Of a stretch of 64,000 nucleotides of DNA, positions 62,815 to 64,000 are shown one piece after another. Position numbers and translations under genes: made by a program. The stretch comes from Candidatus Binatia bacterium (GTDB lineage: Bacteria > Desulfobacterota > Binatia > UBA9968 > CAXXLF01). The DNA is taken from positions 608,001 to 672,000 of the forward strand of contig CAXXLF010000002.1 of the NCBI GenBank assembly GCA_963664015.2, written 5' to 3'. The notes below the pieces were generated by a model. It worked only from the letters and a program-made list of their open reading frames with translations. It was not told the origin of the DNA and did not search any database. Within the stretch, counting starts at the first letter, position 1, and each line of letters begins with the position of its first letter.

Positions 62815-63834
62815 ATGAAACGGTTAATTAGCATAGGGACGGCACTGTTTTTACTCATTTCCGCACAGGTTGGATTCAGCCAGGATGCGGAATTGGCAAA
62901 GGCCAAGGCTTTTTACAAAGGCAAGACCATTGTCTGGATGATTGGCTCTACACCCGGCGGCTCCGTCGACCGCCTTTCCCGGCTCGTGGGGCCCTTTCTG
63001 GCCAAATACACGGGCGCCAGAATCATCCTGCAAAACCGGCCCGGAGGCGGAGGCACTTTCGCCTTCAACTATCTTTATAACAAGGCCAAGAAGGACGGCT
63101 TAAGATTAGCATTTCATATTGGTTCGACGCAGGCCCTGAACATCGTCAGCGACCAACCGGGCATCAAGTTCAAACTCGACGAGCTGTCCTTTGTGGGAGT
63201 GGTCAGCCCCACAAATCTAACCTTCATGGCTTATACTAAAAGATTCAAAACCCTCGACGATCTCAAACGGGCCAAGAACATAAAGTACGGGTTCACCAGG
63301 CCTGGCGGCAATGTGCATTTCAATGGTGTTGCCCTGAGCAAGATATTGAACCTGGATTTCAAATTCGTCTCGGGTTATTCGGGAAGCTCCGCTGTACGCC
63401 AGGCGATCCTGAGCGGCGAGGTTGATGTCACGATGTTCCCCGCATCCTCCTACGTCTCGGCCATCAAAGAAGGGATCGTCACCCCCCTGCTTACCGTTGG
63501 GCACAACCGCCATCCTGCGGTGCCGGACATCCCGACTCTGAATGAACTGGTTAAAGAGATCCCTAAGCCATTCAATGCATGGATCGACATCGGTCGTGTG
63601 GGTTGGTTCCTCGCAGGCCCACCGGATTTGCCCAAGGATCGGCTCAAACTTCTGAGACTGGCCCTGAAGAAATCCCTAGAGGATCCGGAACTTTTGAAAA
63701 AAGCCAAGAAGCAGCAATTCTTGATCGCCTACCTCGAACCTGGGAAGGCCCTGAAAATTGCCAAGGACTTCATCAACATGTCTTCAAAGGATAAGGCTGA
63801 ATTGAAAACGATGCTCAAAGGCGGACGAAGATAA
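62815..63834 (+). CDS. Tripartite tricarboxylate transporter (Bug/TctC) substrate-binding protein
   Basis: FYKGKTI, PGGSVD..SR, NRPGGGG, GYSGS, GEVD, PDIPTL. Confidence 0.88.
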   Translation: MKRLISIGTALFLLISAQVGFSQDAELAKAKAFYKGKTIVWMIGSTPGGSVDRLSRLVGPFLAKYTGARIILQNRPGGGGTFAFNYLYNKAKKDGLRLAFHIGSTQALNIVSDQPGIKFKLDELSFVGVVSPTNLTFMAYTKRFKTLDDLKRAKNIKYGFTRPGGNVHFNGVALSKILNLDFKFVSGYSGSSAVRQAILSGEVDVTMFPASSYVSAIKEGIVTPLLTVGHNRHPAVPDIPTLNELVKEIPKPFNAWIDIGRVGWFLAGPPDLPKDRLKLLRLALKKSLEDPELLKKAKKQQFLIAYLEPGKALKIAKDFINMSSKDKAELKTMLKGGRR

Positions 63835-64000
63835 CTCTGCGTTATCACCCAAGCCAAGCAATACCCAACCGGTATGAACGAAATTCAGGTTCCATTGGAT
63901 CTTTCCAATCCTTGAAGGCGTAACATACCGTATCATGTTGGATAAATATTGAGATGTCGGTCTGGGAAGCATCTTTCACCGGGCTAATGAGTGTGCTCGC

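Overview
Bacterial chromosomal window, mostly housekeeping and metabolic genes. Gene content and the ccsA-hemA-hemC-hemD-hemB order suggest a deltaproteobacterial-grade lineage, possibly Candidatus Binatia (inference only). Intact blocks: oppABC, coproheme decarboxylase (chdC/hemQ), CCA enzyme, family-B DNA polymerase, a 13-kb minus-strand cluster joining sulfate assimilation (sir-hyp-cysH-sat-tauE) to siroheme/tetrapyrrole synthesis (cysG-hemD2-ccsA-hemA-hemCD-hemB), ubiD-like, leuCD, egtD-like, MFS and TTT transporters. About 15 accessory genes are broken by stops, frameshifts or deletions while core genes are clean. The most notable signal, missed by the ORF track, is a GST gene at 51500-52060 with an in-frame TGA at the catalytic Cys position (UPFA), followed by a SECIS-like hairpin: a probable selenoprotein. 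CTAG-ended MITE-like remnants and a RAYT transposase fragment are also present. I did not see tRNA, rRNA, CRISPR, prophage or an intact IS.
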